A stretch of 64,000 nucleotides of DNA from an uncultured Eubacteriales bacterium (GTDB lineage Bacteria > Bacillota > Clostridia > Oscillospirales > CAG-272): positions 21,468 through 85,467 of the forward strand of contig CASGAQ010000004.1 of assembly GCA_949299535.1 (NCBI GenBank), written 5' to 3'. The stretch's first letter is position 1; each line of letters starts with the position of its first letter. The position numbers were made by a program, and so were the translations under genes. This document shows positions 46,111 to 54,658 of this stretch, piece by piece. The notes under the pieces were generated by a model. The model ran no database searches, was not told where the DNA came from, and saw nothing but the letters and a program-made list of their open reading frames with translations.

Positions 46111-46325
46111 TATATTTTGAAAAAGTTTATCTGTACAGCTCTTTCTTTTGCATAGTGCGGCTGTTCGCGGTGAGTTTTAGTTACGGTGATTTTGTCGTTT
46201 GGCATATGGAAAAAATAATAAAAATAGTTAAAAAAAATATGTACAAAATCGCTTATTTGTGCTACAATAAAGAAAATAATCATAATTATACCTTTTGGGA
46301 ATGATCGATAAATCAAGGAGGCTGT

Positions 46326-46877
46326 TTGTTGAAAAATAAACTTATTTCATGTGTTTTAGCACTTGTTTTTATTTTGACTGCGCTTTGCTCCTGCGGTGAG
46401 AAAGACACTTTTGAAAACTTTTTTGTTGCTGTGAAAGGATTTGACATGTCTTCTGCGGCTGAATGCGTTTCGGAAAGTTCCTCGGATTATATGGATTCGA
46501 TTATCGGTTATACAGAGCTTCTTTCGGAAGAGCAACGTGAAACAGCCGCAATTCTGTTTTCGTATATCGGGTATTCGTATAAAGAGCAGAGCGAAGCGAA
46601 AGACCATGTTGATATCACTTTGACTTATGTGAATTTTGACGCTCTCATTCGTGTTGTTGAGGAAAATATCGCCGTCGGAAGCGGAAGCGCTTCTGATTAT
46701 ATAAACGATATTTTGAACGGAGAAAATTTTTCCGGTCGTTACACCGAAAAGACAGATATATCCGTTGCTATTTCCGATGACGGTAAGGTATATATTGGGC
46801 ATACAAGCGCGAATAAGGAGTTGACGGGATATCTTGGTCTTGACACATTTTTGCGTTGGTATGCCAATCAGAGATAA
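46326..46877 (+). CDS. lipoprotein of unknown function
   Basis: 183 aa with a TTG start after AAGGAGG and lipobox LTALCSCGE. Confidence 0.6.
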   Translation: MLKNKLISCVLALVFILTALCSCGEKDTFENFFVAVKGFDMSSAAECVSESSSDYMDSIIGYTELLSEEQRETAAILFSYIGYSYKEQSEAKDHVDITLTYVNFDALIRVVEENIAVGSGSASDYINDILNGENFSGRYTEKTDISVAISDDGKVYIGHTSANKELTGYLGLDTFLRWYANQR

Positions 46878-46889
46878 GGACGGTCTATA

Positions 46890-47696
46890 ATGGAATATAA
46901 AAACAAGAAGAATTTCCGCGAAAATCGCGCAGCATTTCAGAATAACTCAGACGATACGGCGGACGGAAGCGTTATCGTCGGCAGAAATCCTGTTTTAGAG
47001 CTTCTTAAAAGCGGACGCGGTATAGAAAAGATATATATACAAAAGGGCGAACGTGAAGGCTCGGTAACAAAGATATACGCCGAAGCTCGTTCGCGCGGCA
47101 TAAATGTTGCGGAAGCCGATAAATTCAAGCTTGATCAGCTTGCCGGAGGAAATGCTCACCAAGGCGTTGCCGCTGTTGCTTCCGCGATAGAATATGTTTC
47201 TATTGAACAAATAGTGGAAAATGCAAGAGAAAAAGGAGAAAAACCGCTTATAGTTGTCTGCGACGGCATAGAAGATCCGCATAATATCGGAGCTGTTATC
47301 AGATGTGCAGAGGGCGCGGGCGCACATGGACTTATCATAGGAAAAAGGCATGCGCCGGCCATCGGTCAGACTGTGTTTAAGGCCAGTGCGGGAGCCGCAG
47401 AACATCTACCGATAGCAAAGGTGACAAATATATCCGCGGCTGTTGATGAGCTGAAAGAAATGGGCGTATGGACTTTTGCCGCAGAAGCAGGAGGAACCGA
47501 TTACTGCTCTACGGATTTTGATCTTCCTTGCGCCATCGTTTTGGGCAGCGAAGGAAACGGCGTTTCAAGACTTGTCAAGGAAAAGTGCGACTTTATTGTC
47601 TCAATACCCATGTACGGAAAAGTAAATTCGCTTAATGTTTCTACCGCTGCCGCCGTTTTGCTTTTTGATGCGGCGCATAAGCAAAGAAACAAATGA
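46890..47696 (+). CDS. rlmB: 23S rRNA (guanosine-2'-O)-methyltransferase RlmB (TrmH/SpoU family)
   Basis: 268 aa. N-terminal substrate-binding domain GRNPVLELLKSG and SpoU motifs DGIEDPHNIGAVIRCA, LGSEGNGVS and IPMYGKVNSLNVS. Confidence 0.85.
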   Translation: MEYKNKKNFRENRAAFQNNSDDTADGSVIVGRNPVLELLKSGRGIEKIYIQKGEREGSVTKIYAEARSRGINVAEADKFKLDQLAGGNAHQGVAAVASAIEYVSIEQIVENAREKGEKPLIVVCDGIEDPHNIGAVIRCAEGAGAHGLIIGKRHAPAIGQTVFKASAGAAEHLPIAKVTNISAAVDELKEMGVWTFAAEAGGTDYCSTDFDLPCAIVLGSEGNGVSRLVKEKCDFIVSIPMYGKVNSLNVSTAAAVLLFDAAHKQRNK

Positions 47697-47735
47697 TAAC
47701 TTTCGATCAAAAATACTATTCTGGAGGATAAAATT

Positions 47736-50657
47736 ATGGCGAACACCGATGAAAACAAATATTCTCTCGGCGATCTTAATACGTCAGCTGACGAGCTTCT
47801 CCGCAGTCTCAACGAGCAATACAAAGATGATATTATCATAAAGGATATTGCCGAAAACAATGAAAATATCGATATGGAACGTTTGGAAAACGCGGCTGAT
47901 TCCACTTTTGCAAATGTACAGATAGATATGAGTTCTCTATCCGATGACGAATTTAAATTCCTTTTTGACAGTTATCTGGCAACATCGGATTACGGCAGGG
48001 CACTGCACGATGCAGACTATGAAAAGCTTCACAAGCATATAATAAATCTTCAAAAGCGATCCGGCGTGCAGACTCTTACATATGATGAGATTAAAGCCGG
48101 AGTCTACAATGAATTTATCGAGCCTGCGGAAGCGGCAGAGTTTGAAACGGATTCTTTTGACGATGAAAGTTCTGACGGAAACGAAAATATCGATATGTTC
48201 CGTCCCGAAACGGGTTCATATGATATAGGCTCTTCCGATGCTGTTTCTCAGCATTATGTCTTTGAAGAAGAAAAATCTGAAAAGAAACCTGAACAAAAAC
48301 GCAAAAGATCCGTATTTGCTTGGCTGAAAGCACTTTCTTCTTCGGGTGGGAAAAATGATAAAAAAGCAAATGAAACATCTGATTTATACGAGCAAACGGA
48401 AGAATCTACCGTTTTCGATACCGTAATAGACGGCGACTCATTTTTTGGTGGAGCTGATGTTATCCATAATGATGAGAATATTGACGAGGAACTGCATATC
48501 GATTCGGAAAATGAAACGACCGAAGCTTTGGCTGACGGAGCAAATCTTAACGACGATGCCGAAGGTATCGACATTTCTGCCGTTTCAGATGAAGATTCTT
48601 TCTCGGACGTCGAATTTAGCGGAGCCGACACCGGAGAATATGAGGAAGATATTTCTCCCACGGAGGAAATGCTTGAAAATCGTATAGAAGATACATCTAT
48701 GCTCGACGCTTTCGAGCCTTCCACAGATGTTCCGGAAGATGATATTCTCACGGAAGAGAACGAAGCTATGATGACCGATACGGCTATGATGAAAGCGTTT
48801 GGATTTGATCCCTTGAAGGGAACCGAAAATGATATTCCGAAAGATATTTTCGGAGAAACATCTTATACGACGCTTGAAAAGACTGTCGAGTTCGAAAAAA
48901 CGTCTTCAACGGATATCTCGGAAGAGATCGAAGCGGCTGACGAAACAGTCGACAATGAAAACGAATATGTTTCTTTCGATCAGAACAAAGAGATTTTCGA
49001 GGCTTACAAACGCAAATACAGTTCTGTCCGTATTCGCACTGCCGTTTGCGCGGTATTTGCTTTTATCCTCTTTGTCATTGAAAATATCGGAATTTTCGGC
49101 TGGAGTCTTCCTTCTTTCATGCATACAGCTACCGGATATGCAACGGTGGAATGGGCATTGCTTTTTGCCTGTGCGCTGCTTGTATGCGACAACCTCATTA
49201 CTTCTGCAAAAAAACTTTTCAAACTTGAATTTACACCTGATTCGGTGATGCTCATCGCATTTATTATGTCAATAGCGACATCTGTTACGGCTTTTTTCAC
49301 ACAGAATGAACATATAAAGATGTTTAATCTGCCTTTCGCTATCTGCGTATTGTTCTGTCTTATTTGCTCTCTCGTTTCCATACGCAAGGAGATGTTCACT
49401 TTTAAAGTTATCTCATCAAGTAAAAACAAATATGCCGTTGCTGTCATGCCGAAAGGAAAATCTGCTGCCGAAAGAACTGAATTTGAAGGCTTTGTTTCTG
49501 AAGATTCAAACATTTACGGCGTAGTTAGAGCGGATTTTGTTGGCGGATATCTCAAACGCAAAAGAGAAACGCCTCAGTCTTATAAAAAGCTTGGTATTCT
49601 CATTCCCGCGGCTTTTGCCGTTTCTGTTTTGTTCGGTATATTCTCCGCAGTATTTGCAGATGCAGGCTTATACGGAAGTTTTTCGAACGCATATATTACT
49701 TTCTTCATGTGTGCTCCTGCCGCTGTTTTCTTTGCATATGAATTGCCTATGTATATGAGCGCGGCACGTGCGTATTCAAACAGTTCCGCTATTATAGGCG
49801 ATGCCGCGCCCGAAATGGTAGAAAAAATGTCTGTAGTCGCTTTGTCTGACAACGATATTTTCCAGAACGACGGCGTAAAAATAAAGAGCGTCAAAGTTAT
49901 CGAGAACAATAAGATAGAAAATGTCATATATTACGCTTCCGCGGCGTTTTCTCTTGTCGGCGGACCTCTTGCAAAAATATTTAAACAAGCAACGCTCGAT
50001 ACCGTTGTGCCTGAAAGCGCAGAGCTTCGTGTTCTCTCCGATATGGGTATAGATGCGACTGTTGACGGAAAACACATTGTTATCGGTGTTCCGCAATATA
50101 TGGACGCACAGTGTTTCCAGACGATATATGAAACAAACGATGAGCGCTGGGAGGGTAAGACAAATAGACGTATCCTTTATCTCGCTTGCGACGAAGAGAT
50201 AATTGCAAAATTCTATATCGAGTATAATGTTTCACAGGATTTTGTGTATCTTGTAAAACGTCTTTCTTCTGCCGGAGTCGGTATTTCCGTTCGCTCTAAC
50301 GATCCGTGTATCGATCCCGATATATTTTACAGATTCGGCATCTCCCCCGAGGATTACCCTATACGAGTTATCAAAGGAGAGAAAGAGGCTCCTTCCACCG
50401 TCAGAGTCAAAGCTAAGGATACCATCATTGTTTCAACGGGTTCGCTTAAAGGTCTTGTTAAATCATTGCTTCTGTGCGGCAGGGTATTGAATGTTACAAA
50501 GATACTATCTAATATAAAAGCCTTTTCCGCTTTTTTAGGCGCCGTTATTATGATTGTTCTCATATTTACCGGTATGTATACGGAATTTTGGTCTGTTTAC
50601 ACCGCTTTGTATCAAGCGCTGTGGATAATACCTTTCTACTTTATTTCAAAGTTTTGA
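47736..50657 (+). CDS. P-type-ATPase-like membrane protein with degenerate catalytic motifs and a ~400-aa acidic N-terminal region
   Basis: 973 aa. Residues 1-~410 are of very low complexity and D/E/S-rich. The rest is collinear with heavy-metal P1B-ATPases, but CPC is CAP, DKTGT is DNDIF, TGES is absent and the GDxxND region is degenerate (VRSNDP). Confidence 0.55.
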   Translation: MANTDENKYSLGDLNTSADELLRSLNEQYKDDIIIKDIAENNENIDMERLENAADSTFANVQIDMSSLSDDEFKFLFDSYLATSDYGRALHDADYEKLHKHIINLQKRSGVQTLTYDEIKAGVYNEFIEPAEAAEFETDSFDDESSDGNENIDMFRPETGSYDIGSSDAVSQHYVFEEEKSEKKPEQKRKRSVFAWLKALSSSGGKNDKKANETSDLYEQTEESTVFDTVIDGDSFFGGADVIHNDENIDEELHIDSENETTEALADGANLNDDAEGIDISAVSDEDSFSDVEFSGADTGEYEEDISPTEEMLENRIEDTSMLDAFEPSTDVPEDDILTEENEAMMTDTAMMKAFGFDPLKGTENDIPKDIFGETSYTTLEKTVEFEKTSSTDISEEIEAADETVDNENEYVSFDQNKEIFEAYKRKYSSVRIRTAVCAVFAFILFVIENIGIFGWSLPSFMHTATGYATVEWALLFACALLVCDNLITSAKKLFKLEFTPDSVMLIAFIMSIATSVTAFFTQNEHIKMFNLPFAICVLFCLICSLVSIRKEMFTFKVISSSKNKYAVAVMPKGKSAAERTEFEGFVSEDSNIYGVVRADFVGGYLKRKRETPQSYKKLGILIPAAFAVSVLFGIFSAVFADAGLYGSFSNAYITFFMCAPAAVFFAYELPMYMSAARAYSNSSAIIGDAAPEMVEKMSVVALSDNDIFQNDGVKIKSVKVIENNKIENVIYYASAAFSLVGGPLAKIFKQATLDTVVPESAELRVLSDMGIDATVDGKHIVIGVPQYMDAQCFQTIYETNDERWEGKTNRRILYLACDEEIIAKFYIEYNVSQDFVYLVKRLSSAGVGISVRSNDPCIDPDIFYRFGISPEDYPIRVIKGEKEAPSTVRVKAKDTIIVSTGSLKGLVKSLLLCGRVLNVTKILSNIKAFSAFLGAVIMIVLIFTGMYTEFWSVYTALYQALWIIPFYFISKF

Positions 50658-50695
50658 ATATATATCGAAAAACAAAAACAAGGAGATCATCTAAA

Positions 50696-50930
50696 TGATG
50701 AGGTGCCGTAACGGAGGTTTTTAAAACAAGCGGTAAATAAAACGGCTGCTTCGCTGACATTGATAAGCAGGCTGAGGATATGTTTTTTCGGCTTGTAAAA
50801 CAGATGACAGAGCGTGAGAATGTTACCGAACATTCTCAAGGCAGATAACCAAACGGAGTGGGTGACTCAGATGAACAACATTCGCAGCAGGGCTATAGAA
50901 ATCGTAAACCACGATATAATTTACAACTAA
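50696..50930 (+). pseudogene. TnpV-like protein pseudogene (5'-truncated, one in-frame TAA, one frameshift)
   Basis: The translation reads ...TSGK*NGCFADIDKQAEDMFFRLVKQMTERENVTEH, then a frame change, then LKADNQTEWVTQMNNIRSRAIEIVNHDIIYN-stop. This matches, from memory, the C-terminal two thirds of transposon protein TnpV. Confidence 0.55.
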
Positions 50931-50939
50931 CCGAAGCAC

Positions 50940-50971
50940 GGCGGCAGGGAAGTGTTAATCTCCCTGCCGCC
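50940..50971 (+). terminator. GC-rich hairpin after the TnpV remnant
   Basis: GGCGGCAGGGA-10 nt-TCCCTGCCGCC, an 11-bp perfect stem with only a weak T tract. Confidence 0.45.
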
Positions 50972-51129
50972 ATTTCAATGTAACGATAGAAAAAATCAAA
51001 TAATGCAATCTTGCCGCCTGCAATAAAGCGGGCGGCATTTCTAAAAAAATTATAAAACCACCTAACCAACCTCAGATTGTTCCGACTATACAGGCGTAAC
51101 AATCATGATTGAAACAAAAAAGGTGCAAG

Positions 51130-51885
51130 ATGAAAACAAACGAAACGTTAAAGCTACTTGATGACAAAGACTTCCTTGATAAGATATATCATTTTTCTTA
51201 CCATAGGTGCAATACATCTTTTGAAGCTGAAGATCTATGCTCGGATATTATTCTTGCGGTAATATCAGCTATACATAAACAAGAACGTATTGAAAACTTT
51301 TACGCCTTTGTATGGACTATTGCTCACAGAGTTTATGCTGATTTCTATGGTTGTGATGGTATAGATGCAACTTCAATCGGTGGGTATAAGTCGGTATTCG
51401 CATCCAACATTTACGGCAAGCATATTGATAAGCACTTCCATTGTGGACACAACCTATCTCACGATCCAAAGCTCTTAATGGTACTTAGAGCCATTGGAGG
51501 AATTGCTATTGATGATCTTTCCGAAAGTGAAAAAGAAATAGCAGCAAAAGCTCTTGATTGTGGGTATCTCCGCAAGAATGGAAACATTGTAGAACCCAAA
51601 ATTATCGTGATTGACAGAAAGAATGCTATGGACTTCTATAACCTTTCTTTTGATTTCAGTAACGATATGGGAACGGTTATCGAGCAAATTGCCGCTGAAC
51701 TTTCTGTGTTTATGAAAACACACATTCCAGAACACCTAATGAACGAGTATCCAATCTATACCGGACTTATTGCGGGCGTCAGAATATTGGCAAAAGCAAT
51801 CGAGGAATGTATTAACGAAGGTCTGCTTGTAGAACCTGAAAACAAGGTTGGAGCAGAAGGCGTACTGATGATTGTGGAAAAATGA
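51130..51885 (+). CDS. sigma-70 region-2 N-terminus joined to an unrelated C-terminal domain (probable deletion fusion)
   Basis: ATG 51130 after AAGGTG. The first ~75 aa (FLDKIYHFSYHRCNTSFEAEDLCSDIILAVISAI...FYAFVWTIAHRVYADF) are sigma region 2. No region 4 HTH follows, and the remaining ~175 aa were not recognised. Confidence 0.45.
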   Translation: MKTNETLKLLDDKDFLDKIYHFSYHRCNTSFEAEDLCSDIILAVISAIHKQERIENFYAFVWTIAHRVYADFYGCDGIDATSIGGYKSVFASNIYGKHIDKHFHCGHNLSHDPKLLMVLRAIGGIAIDDLSESEKEIAAKALDCGYLRKNGNIVEPKIIVIDRKNAMDFYNLSFDFSNDMGTVIEQIAAELSVFMKTHIPEHLMNEYPIYTGLIAGVRILAKAIEECINEGLLVEPENKVGAEGVLMIVEK

Positions 51886-52112
51886 ATGATTACTGCAAAG
51901 GCATCGCTTCGGCGGTGCTTTTGCTTATACTCAAACCAAACAATATTCCCATAATTGAGGAAAAGCAAATCTTTTTTTGCAATATTACGGGGATAATAAA
52001 GAAATATGAGACAAAATCGCCGGGCGTGTTGACTTTTGATGTGTTTATGGATTATAATAAAGAACAACTGTACAGATCATTCGATTTATTGGTGGATTAT
52101 GTTGAATTTTAA
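51882..52112 (+). CDS. small hypothetical protein
   Basis: 76-aa ORF with an ATGA start/stop overlap with the preceding gene. It ends 14 nt inside the next gene. No family was recognised. Confidence 0.3.
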   Translation: MNDYCKGIASAVLLLILKPNNIPIIEEKQIFFCNITGIIKKYETKSPGVLTFDVFMDYNKEQLYRSFDLLVDYVEF

Positions 52113-52980
52113 GAAGATTACGCTTGAAAGCGCAGATGAGCTGCGTCCATACTTTGAAAACTGCAGGAACAGGCTTTGCGATTTTTCGATAGGCGGCACC
52201 GTTATGTGGCGCAACGCATTCGACATGTATTATTCCGTATGCGACGGCGCTCTTTATATGAAAATGAGGCTTCAGGACGGAAGAACGGCTTTCACATATC
52301 CTTTGGGAAAAAAGTTTGCAAAAACGCACGGAAACCTTTTGGAATATTGTGCTTCTTCAGGAGAAAAGCTTATTTTTACATCTGTGTCTAACGAGGAAAA
52401 AAACGAGATACTTCGCTTTTTTCCGAATGCCGACGTTGTTTTTGAGAGAGATTTTTCCGATTATATTTATCTCAGAGAAGACCTTTCGTCTTTTTCGGGC
52501 AAGAGGTATTCAGGCCAGAGAAATCACATAAACAGATTTCTTGCGGAAAACCTTGTTTGGAGCTTTGACGAGATAGGAAAAGATAATCTGCCTCAGATAA
52601 AAGAGTTTTTTGAAAAATACAATGCCCTGACGCATAAGGAATCGTTCACGGCAAACGCCGAGCGAAACGGAGTGCGTGAGGTTCTCGACAATTTTGAAGC
52701 GTATGGCTTTTTCGGTGAAGCATTGCGTGTCGATGACAAGATAATAGGTTTTTTCCTTTGCGAGGCAGTTTTTGACACGCTTATTGTACATGTAGAGAAA
52801 TGCGACAGAAATATAAACGGCGCATACCAAATGCTGGCAAAGGAAGAAGCCGCGAAATATTGTACGGGTGAACTGAAATATGTGAACAGAGAGGACGATT
52901 CAGGTGACGAAGGCCTGAGAAAATCAAAACTCTCTTATCATCCGTTCTGCATTGCGGAAAAATATACGGTAACAGTTTGA
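52099..52980 (+). CDS. DUF2156 (MprF/LysX C-terminal-like, GNAT-fold) domain protein
   Basis: The ATG at 52099 gives MLNFKKITLESADELRPYFE...; the ORF track opens at 52036. Family-typical segments are SIGGTVMWRNAF, GKRYSGQRNHINRF and NREDDSGDEGLRKSKLSYHP. Confidence 0.7.
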   Translation: MLNFKKITLESADELRPYFENCRNRLCDFSIGGTVMWRNAFDMYYSVCDGALYMKMRLQDGRTAFTYPLGKKFAKTHGNLLEYCASSGEKLIFTSVSNEEKNEILRFFPNADVVFERDFSDYIYLREDLSSFSGKRYSGQRNHINRFLAENLVWSFDEIGKDNLPQIKEFFEKYNALTHKESFTANAERNGVREVLDNFEAYGFFGEALRVDDKIIGFFLCEAVFDTLIVHVEKCDRNINGAYQMLAKEEAAKYCTGELKYVNREDDSGDEGLRKSKLSYHPFCIAEKYTVTV

Positions 52981-52996
52981 AAAAGCGGTGGATAAG

Positions 52997-53533
52997 ATGC
53001 GAAAAATAGAGGTAGTGGAATACAATCCGGAATGGAAGAAAAAATTTGAGGAGGAATCCGAAAAAATAAAGAAGATACTTGCAGAGAACTGTATTGCCGT
53101 TTATCATATAGGCAGTACGTCGGTAGAATATCTTGCGGCAAAACCGATAATAGACATCATGCCGGTCGTCCGTGATATCGACGCGGTGGATTCGCTGAAC
53201 GGAGAATTTGAAAAACTCGGTTACGAGTGCCGGAGAGAGTTCGGCATACCGGGCAGACGCTTTTATGCAAAAGGCGGCGATGAGCGAACGCACCATATCC
53301 ATATCTTCGGTCAAAACAGCGGAGCTGATATAGAACGCCATCTGGCTGTGAGAGATTATCTGTGCACACACGCAAAATGTGCGGAGGAATATGCTCATCT
53401 GAAAAAGAGGCTTGCCGCCGAGTTTAAGTATGACAACGACGGTTATTGCGACGGTAAGGAAAGTTTTATGAGGTCGTTGGAGGAGAAATCTCTTGAATGG
53501 AAAAAGTCGCAAAAGAACGTTTCTGAGAGATGA
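52997..53533 (+). CDS. GrpB-family protein
   Basis: 178 aa from ATG 52997. IEVVEYNPEWKKKFEEE, HIGSTSV, KPIIDIM and THHIHIF are GrpB hallmarks. Confidence 0.85.
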   Translation: MRKIEVVEYNPEWKKKFEEESEKIKKILAENCIAVYHIGSTSVEYLAAKPIIDIMPVVRDIDAVDSLNGEFEKLGYECRREFGIPGRRFYAKGGDERTHHIHIFGQNSGADIERHLAVRDYLCTHAKCAEEYAHLKKRLAAEFKYDNDGYCDGKESFMRSLEEKSLEWKKSQKNVSER

Positions 53534-53556
53534 GCTACAACATCTGAAAAGATATT

Positions 53557-53997
53557 TCAGAGTTTTCTTATCTCGCCGTCCAGAGAGTTTACAAGGCGGT
53601 CGAATAAACGAAGAAGCGTTTGTCTTTCTCCGTACGGAAGAGAGGCAAATGCCGATATTTCCGCATCGATTATTTTATCTACCGTGTCTTCAGCCAAACT
53701 CGCTCCCTTTTCGGTAAGATAGATATACTTGCTTTTGCGGTTATTTTCGGGATATTTTAGTTCTACATAACCGTCTTTTTCAAGGGTTTTGAGAGCGGAA
53801 TGGACGGACTGTTTCGGCTGGAGCAGTTGCTTTGTGAGGTCTTTCTGCGTACAGCGTGTATCTTCCCGCAGAACGTATAATATCCACAGAGTCAATTCGG
53901 GTATGTCGAATTTTCGCGCCGCGGCTCGGTATATTCCGTCGTACCGTTTGAATATTGCGTTGAATTTCATTATCTGTGACAGTATATCGGTTCTCAT
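53557..53997 (-). CDS. MarR-family transcriptional regulator
   Basis: 146 aa with a winged-HTH core (CTQKDLTKQLLQPKQSVHSALKTLEKDGYVE). Confidence 0.85.
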   Translation of the reverse strand: MRTDILSQIMKFNAIFKRYDGIYRAAARKFDIPELTLWILYVLREDTRCTQKDLTKQLLQPKQSVHSALKTLEKDGYVELKYPENNRKSKYIYLTEKGASLAEDTVDKIIDAEISAFASLPYGERQTLLRLFDRLVNSLDGEIRKL

Positions 53998-54132
53998 TCC
54001 GTTTCTCCTTAATATCAGAATATCATATAAAAAGTATAGTTCGGTTTCGGATTTTTGTCAATGACAAGCGTGCGCCGCTAACAAAAATTCAGAGCGTTGT
54101 TTTGTCAGCGGTGCGGTTTTATAGTAAAAAAC

Positions 54133-54180
54133 AAAAAACTCTCACGTTCGGAAAAATATCTGAACGCGAGAGTTTTTTTG
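54133..54180. terminator. bidirectional intrinsic terminator
   Basis: AACTCTCACGTTC / GAACGCGAGAGTT stem (one mismatch) flanked by A6 and T7 runs. It lies downstream of the YhcH-like gene. Confidence 0.7.
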
Positions 54181-54193
54181 ACTCTTTATCTTA

Positions 54194-54643
54194 TCATATC
54201 ATTACTTTTATAACGACTTTTCTGCAATGCGAGGGTTTTTCCGTGGCTATGCTTGGTGCATGAGCATCGCCCGGGAAAAGAACTGCGAATTTGCCGGGTG
54301 TAAGAGTTATCTCATCTGTGGGACCGTGATAAAAACGTATGTCGGAGCCGCGGCGTTCTTCTATCTCGTCCGTCATCTCTTCGAGAGCGCCGACGCCCAT
54401 TTTTTCTGTTCCGGAGAGGAGACACTGTATGTCTATATACTTTGTGTGAGCTTCGGGAGTGTCGTTCGATGGTTTTGTTTCATATTCGGAAACAAAGAAA
54501 TAAAGTTTGTCGCCGTCGACCTCGTAACGTTTGCCGTTTTCAACGGCTGAGAAATCGGTGTCGCGCAAAAGGCACAGACCTTTGAAAACGCCTTCGTGAA
54601 TGCCTTTGTAATTGTCTATATGAACAAGTGTGTCGAAAATCAT
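54194..54643 (-). CDS. YhcH/YjgK/YiaL (EbgC-like, DUF386) family protein
   Basis: 149 aa, cupin-like. MIFDTL...NYKG...YFFVSEYETK...HTKYIDIQ...FPGDAH pattern. Confidence 0.8.
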   Translation of the reverse strand: MIFDTLVHIDNYKGIHEGVFKGLCLLRDTDFSAVENGKRYEVDGDKLYFFVSEYETKPSNDTPEAHTKYIDIQCLLSGTEKMGVGALEEMTDEIEERRGSDIRFYHGPTDEITLTPGKFAVLFPGDAHAPSIATEKPSHCRKVVIKVMI

Positions 54644-54658
54644 ATTAGATTCCTTTCT

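Larger units (their letters stand above)
50690..51885 (+). mobile_element. decayed conjugative-transposon/ICE remnant (no intact mobility gene)
   Basis: A TnpV-like pseudogene lies next to a sigma-factor gene that is typical of clostridial ICE accessory regions but is truncated after region 2. Confidence 0.4.
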
